DNA of 64,000 bases from Takakia lepidozioides (Eukaryota; Plantae; Bryophyta), in NCBI GenBank assembly GCA_030704615.1, contig CM060732.1, positions 64,542,001 to 64,606,000 on the forward strand, given 5' to 3'. The notes beneath the pieces were generated by a model, which was not told where the DNA came from, did no database searches, and saw nothing but the letters and a program-made list of their open reading frames with translations. Of this stretch, positions 1 to 10,522 are shown in pieces. Position numbers and translations under genes: made by a program. Position 1 is the first letter of the stretch; every line of letters begins with the position of its first letter.

Positions 1-4
1 TTAC

Positions 5-867
5 AGTGTACATGTAGTCAAGAAAAGCCTCCCTTGTCAAGCTGTACCATGTGCTTGTCTTCTTCTCAGCACACCTCTTCATCTGTTGAGGACTGAGCAC
101 GTTCATGAATGACTCCAGTGGCATCAGCCCTACCTTCTGGATGCGGAATAGAGTGTGGCACAGATTGGTCGTCACATGCAATGTTTCATTGGACCTGGAA
201 AAACCTTCAACTCATAAGATGATTTCAAATTGTCGAAACGCGGAACAAACACAAAGTTGGAAACTTACTTGTTTATGTCGTGCATGGCTGTCAAGAGCTG
301 TGTGACACGTCCTTTGTGATCGAGAACCATGGAAACCACGCTCCAGTGCCATTCGATCTCGTCCGAGTGCAAGCTTGAAATGTAATCCATCCAGGCAAGC
401 AGTCTGTGGTTCCCATCCCAGACAAAAAACATCTTTCCCATGAATGCTTTTGTGGAGGCCTTTTTGGACAGCTTAAACTCGAACTCCCTGTTTACATCCC
501 GCCAGCATGCATCCCAACTTTGCTCAATGTCCTCTGTTACAAGACACTCCTCTCCTTTCGTGTTCATAGTGGATACGTAGAACACTGCTGATCCCTTGAC
601 ATAGCCATGAACAAAGTCGTTCTTCAACTTCGTTATATCATTCCTCAATGCCGGTCGAACAGCGGGCATGGAGATCATCCTGCACAGCGGAATGACCAGG
701 TTTCCGCCGGGAACCTCCATCGACAGAATCACCTTCGACGAGTTCACTTTTTGCCCACCCATTATCTCCTCGGCCTTGTCTTCATAGTGTCCCTCCAATG
801 AGTCTTCCTCACCTTCACCTTCTGACGCAGCCAAATCTTCCCCCTCGGATTTCCTTTTTCTTTTCCT
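5..867 (-). pseudogene. ParB/Srx-like domain cargo gene of copy A, exons 2 (867-269) and 3 (194-5); continues off window
   Basis: IPLCRMISMPAVRP...FFVWDGNHRLLAW...LLTAMHDINK then GTAAGT. Next exon SNETLHVTTNLCHTLFRIQ...WYSLTREAFLDYMYT. Collinear with copies B and C. Exon 1 and the divergent promoter appear deleted. Confidence 0.8.
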
Positions 868-913
868 CTGCACACAATGAATACTCTGTGAGTGACAGAT
901 TGAGCTCCGATGG

Positions 914-1227
914 ATCAACCTTGCTTTGACGCAAGGTTGATTGATGGGGATGTAGTTTAGACTGAAAAGCATACAGGAAAAACTTTTGAACCCAAAAAAT
1001 GCTTTGCGTTGACGTAGGGTTCTTTTGGGAGCTTCAAATAATCAACTTTCCCTACCTTACAGTACAGGGTATGAGAGTTCGGACGCTTCGATTGAACAAA
1101 AAAGGCATCAAAACCAGCCTTGCGTCAACGCAAGGTTGATTCATGTGCGGCATCTGTTCGTTTCACCAGAAGTTCTAAGCATATACTATAGAGGTCGGCA
1201 TCAACCTTGCGTTGACGCAAGGTTGAT
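914..1227. repeat. Palindrome array, copy A type (ATCAACCTTGC-GTTGAC-GCAAGGTTGAT), 4 copies in cargo intron 1
   Basis: Copies at about 914-941, 1003-1020, 1115-1140 and 1200-1227. The last has perfect 13-bp arms around a 2-nt centre. Confidence 0.9.
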
Positions 1228-1404
1228 TGCGAGCTCTCGGATCGGGGTTCAACAAACAAAATATCTACAGGAAAAGGAGATTGTTGTCTCTGCTTCTTCT
1301 TTGCAATTGATGATGTGAGGACGCCAAAAACTCCGCTCCCACACAACCTGCATTCAGAAGCACCATCGGACTGTGAACTCTACTTTCTGAAGCAACATCG
1401 ACAT

Positions 1405-3334
1405 ATGGCCTCCCAGGCCATGGGCTCCCTTGACACGGACTTCTTCAGTGAGGACCACCCTGTGCCATTTTCTTACGAGGTGGAAGATGATGGTTTTGCG
1501 GTGGTGCATGAACTCGTCCTCGCAACGCAGTTTCGGTTGGAAAATGGAAGTCTATTCGTTCAGAGGGAAGTGTACGATGCCAATGGAAAACTGCTCAAGT
1601 ACGCGTTCCAGAAACCTTCGCATATTGCACCAACCACACAATGGAGAGTGCCTCCAGGCAGATACAGGGTGCTTAGTGCTCCTCTGAGACAGTCTGCAGG
1701 ATCGTTCGTAACTCCTGGCACGGCAACATCAGTGGCCCAGGAGAAAACACCCGTGGTTGTCAAGAAGGAGACGAGTAGCGTTAACACTGTGGTTGAGCTT
1801 TCGGACTCATCCTCCGATGACACATGTGCAATACCGCCCGTGGATCAGCCATGTCCACATGTAGAAGCAGATGTGGAGGAGATCACCAGTGTCATTCCTA
1901 AACTGAAAGCCATGGGTGGGATGGCAGGATTCAAGAGTGAGTTGAGGGGGATAGACTGGAGCACTTTCAATATTCAGAGGGTGGCATTCTTACCAGAATC
2001 TTTTGATGGTAATACTGTTTTCGAGCTGCCTCCTCCTGGTCGCATGGGGGGCATTTCCAGTCTCCTGGAAGGAATGGACAAAAAGCACGATGGGCACCCT
2101 TGGTGCCGCACAAAAACCTCCAATATTCACAACAACGACAAACTCATATTCAGTCGAACAGTCTGTAATGGGCACCTGAAATGCGAGAACATGAAATGCA
2201 GACACTTCGCATTGTCAGCTGTGCAAAACCAAAGCGAATGGGATGGTGTCAGTGAGAATCCATTCAAGCCTGGGGTGACACCACCATACAGTAACATTTT
2301 TGTGTGCAAGTTCTGTAGGGTACCACCTTGCTGCCTTGCTTTGTGTGGCGCCATAATGTATTATGTGGTGCATCGATTCAAAACCCTGACTAGAGCCTGT
2401 GTCCATTTCGGTTTTCACAACCACCCTGTGTCCAAGGGGGATTATAGGGAGAGCGTTGACACAGTCTCGCGTCTGATAAGGGAAGAGTTGGATACCAATC
2501 CAACTAGAACCATATCTGCAATTGCCATGGGGGCGAGCAAGTCCTTTCTGGAAAGCCGTATTCTGTGTGCATCAAGTTCGGTTGGAGGAATACTGGAGGG
2601 ACCAGCTTTGGACACTGTTATGGACCATTTCTCAACTTTGACTTCTCCAAACATTAGGAATCAGGTGAACGCTTTAAGAATGGGCTCTGGGAGCCGAGGT
2701 TATATGGACAATATTATGGATTTGAAGAAAAGGAGCATGTACGACTACATCCAAGACAGCGTTTTCTCGGGACAAGGAGCCAGGAAAGTGTTCTTGTTCA
2801 AAATGTCCACAAAAGGTGAGGGCAGCGGGGTCAGCCTCGTTAAACGTATGCAGAAGGGTGGCGATCTTGGCAACTGCTTCCTTATGTTCGATCATGTCAA
2901 GAGGGTTAAAGACTGGACCACAATGGCATGTCATGTTTACGACCCTGTGTACCAGCGGGTCATGACAATTGCAGTGTGTGACATGCAGTCAGAGGACACA
3001 AATTCACAACAGCTTATGTGGGAAGCTCTCATTCGTGTTATGGCCTCCAATGGTCTCCCATCTCCCAATTTTGTTGGTTTCATGGCCGATAGTGCTCAAG
3101 CTAACTTCAACGCTGTCCGATCCAAAAGTGCCAATGCCTGGAAGAGAACGTACGTGTCTTTTCCATTGGACACAATCCCTGGACAAACACACAAAGACAT
3201 ACATCAAGCCAGATATGCAGACTATGCATCGTCAACTGTGCAAACAGTACAAAGACGCCAAAACTATGGGGGAAGCGAATACATTGTTCTAGACAATTTG
3301 TGCCTGGTGGTACTCATCTGGAGCGGCGGCGGAG
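1405..3334 (+). pseudogene. MULE transposase of copy A, 5' part (GCM-like Zn domain and first two catalytic Asp)
   Basis: WCRTKTSN...CNGHLKC...HFGFHNHP; FLMFDHVKR; FMADSAQANFNA; RTCLFHW. A small deletion causes a frameshift near 3118. Broken at WWYSSGAA by copy B. Confidence 0.85.
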
Positions 3335-3450
3335 CAGGGATGCCTCGGCGTGAGCCTGGTCACGTGAGCGCGTGAGCGCAACTGCGCTCACGCCACGTCA
3401 CCTTGCGCAAATGCCACGTCACGGGGCTCAGTCCACGTCATCACACGTGG
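3335..3450. repeat. Left terminal motif array of copy B (GCGTGAGC/GCTCACGC and CCACGTCA)
   Basis: Multiple copies in both orientations. The same motifs occur at 14480-14686, 16750-16904, 20310-20490 and 29510-29655. Confidence 0.8.
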
Positions 3451-3549
3451 AGGCCGAGTCACCACGCACCCAGAAAGAAGTGGAGTGTATTCCCGCGGAT
3501 TGGCACCCTTTACCGCGGAAACAAGCTGGACGACATAATAAAAGGCATT

Positions 3550-3900
3550 GAATAAATGATGGATGAATGTACAGTTGGATGATAAACAGATGGATGAGTG
3601 TGAAAAATGTATGTAGATGGATGAATGACGGATGGATAAGAGTAAAATGGATGAATGTATAATGGATGTTGAGCAATGACAAAAATTCATGACAGGAAGA
3701 TGCATGACCAAATCTTTTGACGAATGCACAAAGTATATGAAATGAGTGTGGAAGGTTTGTGGGGTGGATTAAAGAGTACAGAGGATGAATGTACAATGGA
3801 TGTTGTACAAAGGAAGCTTTCATGAATGGAGCACGCATGAATACAGTGTAGATGAATGCACAATGGATATGAGAAGAGTCAGGAAGGTTTGTGAGATGGA
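3550..3900. repeat. Degenerate ATGGATGAATG-type subterminal repeat
   Basis: Many TGGATGA units. The reverse-complement equivalent (CATCCA) lies at about 29240-29380, the matching position in copy C. Confidence 0.65.
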
Positions 3901-6375
3901 TTCATACATATAGCAATTTAAACGAAAGTTGATTCTGTGATTATTATTTGTTCTAAAGGAACAACTACGGTAGAGGAAGGGGATTCAACGTTTTCCAGAT
4001 AATATGAAAATGAATATTAAAAGAATACAGTTCAGTCTGACTCAGAGTCAGTACAATGTATCCCCTCTTCCTCTGCATCTAAGTCTAAGTATTTTAGAAC
4101 ACCGGATCCACGCTGGATACACCTACGGCTGGCCACTAAAAAGTCAGGGGATAGGGACTCGGCCGCGTGAAGTGCCATTGCTTCGGCATAAACAGGGAGC
4201 AGAAAATTGGAAAGGGGGCTGTCGAAAACAGACTCGCCAGAAATGACTGTATCTCCTGAAGATCCACCGCTGGCTTTCCTGAAAGACAGCCTGAAAAAGT
4301 TATTACTGTAACTTTGATGTTATCGAGAAATTGAGTATGACTCCCAAAGAGGGTTTAGCACTTACTCACATGAAAAGTCGTTGTCGACCTGCTTATCTTC
4401 GGGATCGTCATCATTTCGAATTTGAATCCGATCAGTCTGTGTGCCTGAAGTGGAGCCAGACAAAAGGGGGAGGAGCACGGTGTTGTAGAGGTCAGAATCA
4501 CCCTCCATGCCAAAAAGGCTTCTTCCGCCTGCCTTGCATGCGTGGTAAGTTGCTCCTGCACCAGACAGGAGAACATAAACAGTTTGGAGGAGGGGATTTA
4601 AGCAGATGAAACTGTTGAAAGGAAACCAATTCGGAAGGGAGAAAACGAACCTGTGGACACAGAAAGATCGACCACCCGTGCAGAGCGGTGGCTGCATGAC
4701 TCCAGCAGTATTTGCATGAATGCTGGTGACTTTTCTTTGCACCTCTCCAGGGAGTGCCATCTGGTCTCTTCAGAGTCTGACTGGACTGCATGAAGTTGTA
4801 CAAAATGTCATCGACATGGGGCTCATAGGGGGGGTTGACGAAACAACCCTGGTCAGAAATCTCAAAGCTGCGGATGGAGGATGGTGTCTTTGATGTGCGA
4901 ATCCTCCGCAGGCAGATCGCCTCGAACATCCTCGTCTGCCAAAGATAGCAGGTTAGTGTGGTAAACACAATCTAAAGTGGAAGTGTGTACATCGGCTATT
5001 CAGAACTCTGACACAAAAAAACCATGAATCGTTGATGATCGGTGTCGATCATAAAACATTCTACTAGAGTGGAGCTGCAGAGAAAATTGAAACTCATGAT
5101 CAAAGCACAAGCAGAAGGCAGACGGCATACCAGCTGACCAGGGAAACCCCCTTTCACAAGGTAGAGGCTGTTCACACAATTCCATGTGCGCAAAACTTCA
5201 AACCCTGAAGACTTGAGGTATGATGCCAATGCCCGACGACTATCATTGTCACATGACTGAAAAAGCAGAAGTGTCCCTGCATCAGAGAGGAAATTGTTAC
5301 AGAACCCGAATACCCAACTCCAGTAGTTGTCCTCGAATTTGTTCCAGCCTGGCGTCTTGCCCTTTGGAAGAACTTCTGGCACAGCCTGGCCATCCGGGAT
5401 GTCGAGAATGACAATGTCGGCCGCATAAGTTTTCTGCACACCGCACACGAAGGTGGGACCTGTGCTCACCTGCAACAGACATGTTTTTTATAAGAACGAT
5501 GGCAAGAATGTTTTCAAAGAACGAGACTGAAATACTGCCAACGAAACTTTCAGAGAAAAAGGAAAGAAACTGGAATTCTCACCAGATTGAGGAATGAGAT
5601 TATATTGTCCCAGGTAGGGGATGGCACCCCAGTGTATCCTCTCTTTCGACTCTGCATCATCGAAAGCCAACCCTCATTAACAATTTTCATCTCTCCTGCT
5701 GAATCAGAACGGGAAGGGTGTGGCTTGGCATCGAACACGCACTGAAGAGTGCGGGTATATCTTCCAGCACTAAAGTCCTGCCCACTCTCCATCTCCTTTT
5801 CATTCTCCTTCCCCTTGTCCTTTTCCTTCTCTTTGGACTTGTCTTTGTCCTTTGGCTTTGCTGGTGAGATGGCTATGACATCAACAGCCTTGTCTTTTGG
5901 TTTGCGGCCCGCCTTCTTTCCCTTCTGCGGCGTTCCCTGAGCATCAGGCTCCTTGGCAGCCAAGGTTGCTATGTTTCGTTGATACTCTTCGTCAGTCAAA
6001 GGCGCCAGCATCTCAGCGTTATTGTTCAAGTATTTCATATGCTGTTCTTGAAAGGTCGTGTGCTCAGGTGGGCAGTCAAGGTACCACCCACAGTCTCTGA
6101 AGTGAGAAGGACTCCAGTCCTTCAATATCCCTGCAGTATACATGGTTGGATCGTTTGCAGGGTCCGACCACATGTCAAGATAGTCGGGAATTCCGCTCAG
6201 GTGATTTCCTTCCATAAGCACATATTTCGTGTACCTGAAAAAAGGAGATGAATCCCAACCCACAAAAGCGCTCAGTGAGTAAGATGCAAGTAGAACAGAA
6301 AGAATAAAACATGGATTGAAATGGCTCTGACAACTGCTCCAAGGACCTTTCAGGACCACACTACTGCTCCAGATA

Positions 6376-7099
6376 TGAATGTCGTCAACGCCATTCAGAA
6401 CATTCCATTCCATGACACTGTAAATACATCCTAATCCAGGTGAATGCAAATAATCGATTAGAAATGACACAGACATAGAAGTGAATGTCGTCAACGACAT
6501 TCAAGAATGAAGCCAAATTATTACTGAAATGAAGCAAAATCACAGGATGGAAATAAAAAAATTGAGTAAGGAACCATCCAGGAAAACTCAATGCACATTC
6601 ATAACGAACCTATCACTGAGGACCTCACAACATCACTGTATGTGAATGGCGTCAACGCCATTCACAAAAATACAAAAAAGAAACCAATTACTTAGCTCCC
6701 CAATCCATGAAAATTGAATTTGTCGCTTTTGAATAATACAGACACAGCTGTGAATGTCGTCAACGACATTCACTTTGGATTTCTTAAAACAGAGCTTATC
6801 AAGCCTCCATATTCATCGCAAGAGGAAAAAACAATGCAGAACAACTGAATGTCTGCATTGACATTCAGCAAAATGAAGTGAGGAACCCTCATTGTAACCT
6901 CTATGGACATTACAAAAATTTAAATAACCTTGAGGACCTCTCAACAACTCCGTATGTGAATGTCGTCAACGCCATTCAAGGACATTATCAATTCTAATCA
7001 GGGACAATATAATTGCACCCTTAGATCCTAACCAGGTGAATTCATATACTCGCTTAAGAATGACTCAGACAAAGAAGTGAATGTCGTCAACGACATTCA
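6376..7099. repeat. Palindrome array, copy B type (GTGAATG[T/G]C-GTCAAC-G[A/C]CATTCAC), 7 copies in cargo intron 5
   Basis: Copies start at about 6376, 6481, 6641, 6750, 6845, 6956 and 7077, spaced 95-160 bp apart. Confidence 0.92.
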
Positions 7100-8970
7100 A
7101 TCTGGATCTAAGATTGCAATCCATATGAAGCCACATTTTTTCCCAAAAAAACAGTAGAGTTTCAAGTATGACATTGCACCTGTACACAACTCGCATCATG
7201 GCCCACTCTCCTCCAACCTGACTGTCAAAGTCGTTGGACCGTAAAATGTTACCATCTTTGGAGAACTCCCGGAAAAAACAGTATCTCCAGGTGAGACCTC
7301 TCCACTTCCTTATGTATGCCTCCAATGACATTTGGGGAGGGGAAACAATCGCAATGTTCAGGTCCTTCAAAGTCTGATCCAGCACAATGACGGCGCGCTT
7401 TTCGAGCTGCAAATAGTATATTTGTCAGAATTGCAAAAAAGATACACATCACATACTTGAAGAGAAGAAACAGCATGTTCGAATACACACCTGACTCCAA
7501 AATGTAGCCTTGTGGAGCCAGTTATCAAACACCAAATCACTGATTCCTTCCACCTTTGTGCCAGGCTGTATGGTGCTCTTTGGGAACTGATTCAAGTCCT
7601 TTACTGTTTGATCTGAGTTCCATATCTCCAGCCACCTTATTTTTGTTTGTGGGTCGACCATCGATATGGCCAGCCGGTGCAATTTCTCCTGCTGCATCTC
7701 CGGATGCACATGCTTGTCATAGTGTGTTTTGATCTGCTGAAGGAACTCAGGACCAAGTCCAGGATCTACTATTCTAAGCTGCTTTCCGAAGGCTGACATC
7801 AATTTGGTTCTTCGCATCTCAAACTCCTTCTTTATTGCAGCTTCCACACCCTTTGATGTCCTTAGTTCCTCTGGTGTAGTGCGGTAATATTCGGATTTTC
7901 CCTTCTCAGCTGCCTCTGCCAGTTCTTGCTGCATTCATTCAAGTAGTGATTAGCTCCGAAGGGACTCTAAACATGTATTCGAAAAGTAAACAGATTACAG
8001 ACTCGGGCTTACCGCATACATGTACTCCAGAAACGCCTCTCGTGTCAAAGAATACCAAGTGCCTGCAGCTCTTCCTGTTTCGCACTTCTTGATGATATTG
8101 GGTGGTAGTACTGTCCGAAAATCATCCAGCTTCATCAGACCAATCCTCTGAATTCGGAATAGTGTGTGAACCAAGCTTGTTGTCACATGCGATTTCTCTG
8201 TCGATCTGCAAAAACATTGGAAACATTGCATTCCTTAACACTGTTTTTTGAGGATTAACAAGACACTACAGAGGGAATCAAATCTCCTGGATGACTTACT
8301 TGTTCACGTCGTGCATAGCTGTAAGAAGCCTAGCGATGTCGTTTCCTGGATCCAAAACCATTGCCTCCACAGCAACATGCTTGTCTTTGTCTTTCGAATG
8401 GTGTTTCTGAATGTATCCCATCCATGCCAGCAATCGGTGGTTGCCGTCCCAGACGTAGAACATGTGGTTGCAAAATTGCTGGGTGTTCTTTCCCATCATG
8501 AGGCCCAGCTCGAACTCCTCATTGGCATCTTTCCAGCACTCATCCCAGTTATCACTGATCTCTGGAGAAACTAATGTGCTTTTCCCATTTATATCCGTCA
8601 GTGACACATAAAAAACTTGTGCACCAAGTCTATATCCATGCACAAAATCACTCTCCAATTTTGTTATGTCATGGGAAAGAGGTGGACGCACAACAGGCAT
8701 TGATATCATCCGGCACAGAGGTATGTCCAGACGCCCTCCAGATACGAGCATGTCCCTTATAACCTCCTGAGAGTTTACCTTCTGGAATGACATGAGTTCT
8801 TTCACCTTGTCAAGGTAGTGCACTTCGGATTCATCTGCTTCATCTGTATTCTCTGAGCTTTTTGCGGACTCGTCCCCATCTCCAGATCCTTTCCCCTCTG
8901 ATCCTGTAGGCTTCGACCTCACAGTTTTCTGCACGATGCCATTCAGTTCTGACTAAGTGATTTGCAAATA

Positions 8971-9291
8971 GTGAATGGCGGTAACGACAATCACTCTGTA
9001 TCAAGGAAACTCACCATGAATGGTGTGAAAGAATTCAGCACAATCTACACATGCAAAGCCGAGACTGCCGTATTCAAAACAAAAGCGAGAGCGATAGCGA
9101 ACGGCGTTAACGACAATCACAAAAGATAACAACCTGCCGGATCGGTGTTGTGTAATGACATATATGTGCAACTGATTGGCGGCAACGACATTCAGTGTAG
9201 TTTAGGGAGAATAGTAAGTGCAGACTCTCTCTTCAAACACATAGGTACATAAATCTCATGAGCAGAATCGAATGGCGTTAACGACGCTCGC
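8971..9291. repeat. Palindrome array, copy B type, 4 degenerate copies in cargo intron 1
   Basis: GTGAATGGCGGTAACGACAATCAC at 8971, with related copies at about 9099, 9172 and 9270. Confidence 0.8.
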
Positions 9292-10522
9292 GATTCAGTA
9301 GTTCCTGCTAAAGAATGGAAGAGGAAGGACTCCTTGAAAGGCAATCAGACAGACTATATGATAAAACTTACTGGCACCTTCTTAGGTTTTGAAATTTGAT
9401 CCCCTTCTGCAGCTTTCTCTTCCCTCTCACATCTGCTGGAGTTTCTGTCTGCGCAAGGGTTTCTTGACCTTCTTCAGGTTCGGCGTTCCGCGTGCTTCCA
9501 CCTTCTTCAGTGTCCCTGCGATTCATCTCTGCCTCCACAGGCTGGCGCACTCTTATCGCCGACTGTGTCGCAGCCGCTGCCTCAGTCTCCGTCTGCTCTT
9601 GTGAATCAGTCTCCGCGTTCACCTGCTGCCTTGGCCCTGTGTTCTCCAACAAACGACGCCTCGTCATTTTCTCTCTTGCTCTGCGTCTCTCTCTAAGGGA
9701 AGTAAAATAAAGAGACTTTCTTCTCTTTCGTATTCTAGAAGGAACCCTCTCCAGCTTGACTACCACTCTCCCTCTAAGCGCGAAAAGTAGAAAAACGCAG
9801 TGACTCCCGATTTCTTGCGGGATTGCCTGTGTTCTTGCGTGTCTCTAGAAGCATCGGATTCCCTCCCGCGTGACCGTTACACATAGTCGTTTCCTTATTA
9901 GTGCACATGCCAGCAATTGGTGTACAGCTGTTCGTATTCAGTTATGGATGTCTGACGTGTGCCGCCCAAAACAAAACGGCGTGTTCTAAATTATAACGGG
10001 TTCAATATTTAAAAAGAACAGCGAATCCCAGAAATTGATGCGCAGTCTTAAACAAATAAATATAAATGAACGAGAGTTTGATGACAAATTTTGGAATATC
10101 ATACACGGTCATCCTTGTTATCCAAACCCCACATTCGTTGCACATTTGGAACTTTCCAGGTGCGCATGATCATTGGTAGTAGTATATAGATACATTTACT
10201 TAATCTGCAATCCCATTCTCGGATCCTGTGGCATGCTTCCAGGAAGTCGGCTTTGTTATTGGGTTTATTGATGAGGTTCTGATTAACGGTTTAACAGTTG
10301 CCGACACTGCCCCTATGGATTCTCTGACCACTGGGCCCACAAGAAAAGTAATTAAAATGGACGGCTGCATATCTGGAATGAATAACAGAATATGCACAGT
10401 CGTTATCTGAGCTTCCTCCGCCATATGCTCTGCTCATTCTTCAACTGTGTTCTGGAGACAGCAGTAAACCGATTTACACTAGATCTGCGATAGCAAGGTA
10501 CAAACATACTCGAGGAAGGAAG

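Larger units (their letters stand above)
4032..9667 (-). pseudogene. ParB/Srx-like domain + beta-class N6-A/N4-C DNA methyltransferase-like fusion gene of copy B (10 exons, roughly 1150 aa, near-intact)
   Basis: GT-AG exons: 9667-~9377, 8928-8300, 8205-8013, 7928-7491, 7406-7180, 6234-5583, 5469-5131, 4935-4651, 4555-4366, 4290-4032. Motifs: FYVWDGNHRLLAW; ADIVILDIPDG...W...FLSDAGTLLLF (motif IV-VI position); GAK[E]KSPAFMQILLESCSHRSARVVDLSVSTGATYHACKAGGRSLFGMEGD (motif X-I-II position). One 1-nt deletion near 4735. The exon 1 donor is uncertain. Confidence 0.8.

Noticed and set aside
3118-3375. C-terminus of ORF 1315-3375 and N-terminus of ORF 14572-16248 as real protein
   Set aside because: They result from a frameshift and read-through into the terminal repeats of copy B.
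4820-4850. NPPY (CFVNPPYEP) as the MTase catalytic motif
   Set aside because: It lies in the variable TRD-like region just before motif X/I, while DIVILDIPDG occupies the canonical beta-class motif IV context. Conservation cannot be checked because C lacks this region. Not fully excluded.
6376-7099. CRISPR array interpretation of the spaced palindromes (also 24687-25487)
   Set aside because: Spacers are 70-140 bp and partly duplicated (6376/6481 block vs 6956/7077 block). The arrays lie in spliceosomal introns and no cas genes are present.
4032-9667. Bacterial or phage contamination explaining ParB-MTase
   Set aside because: Nine GT-AG introns with positions shared between copies, and TSD-bounded insertion into plant TEs.
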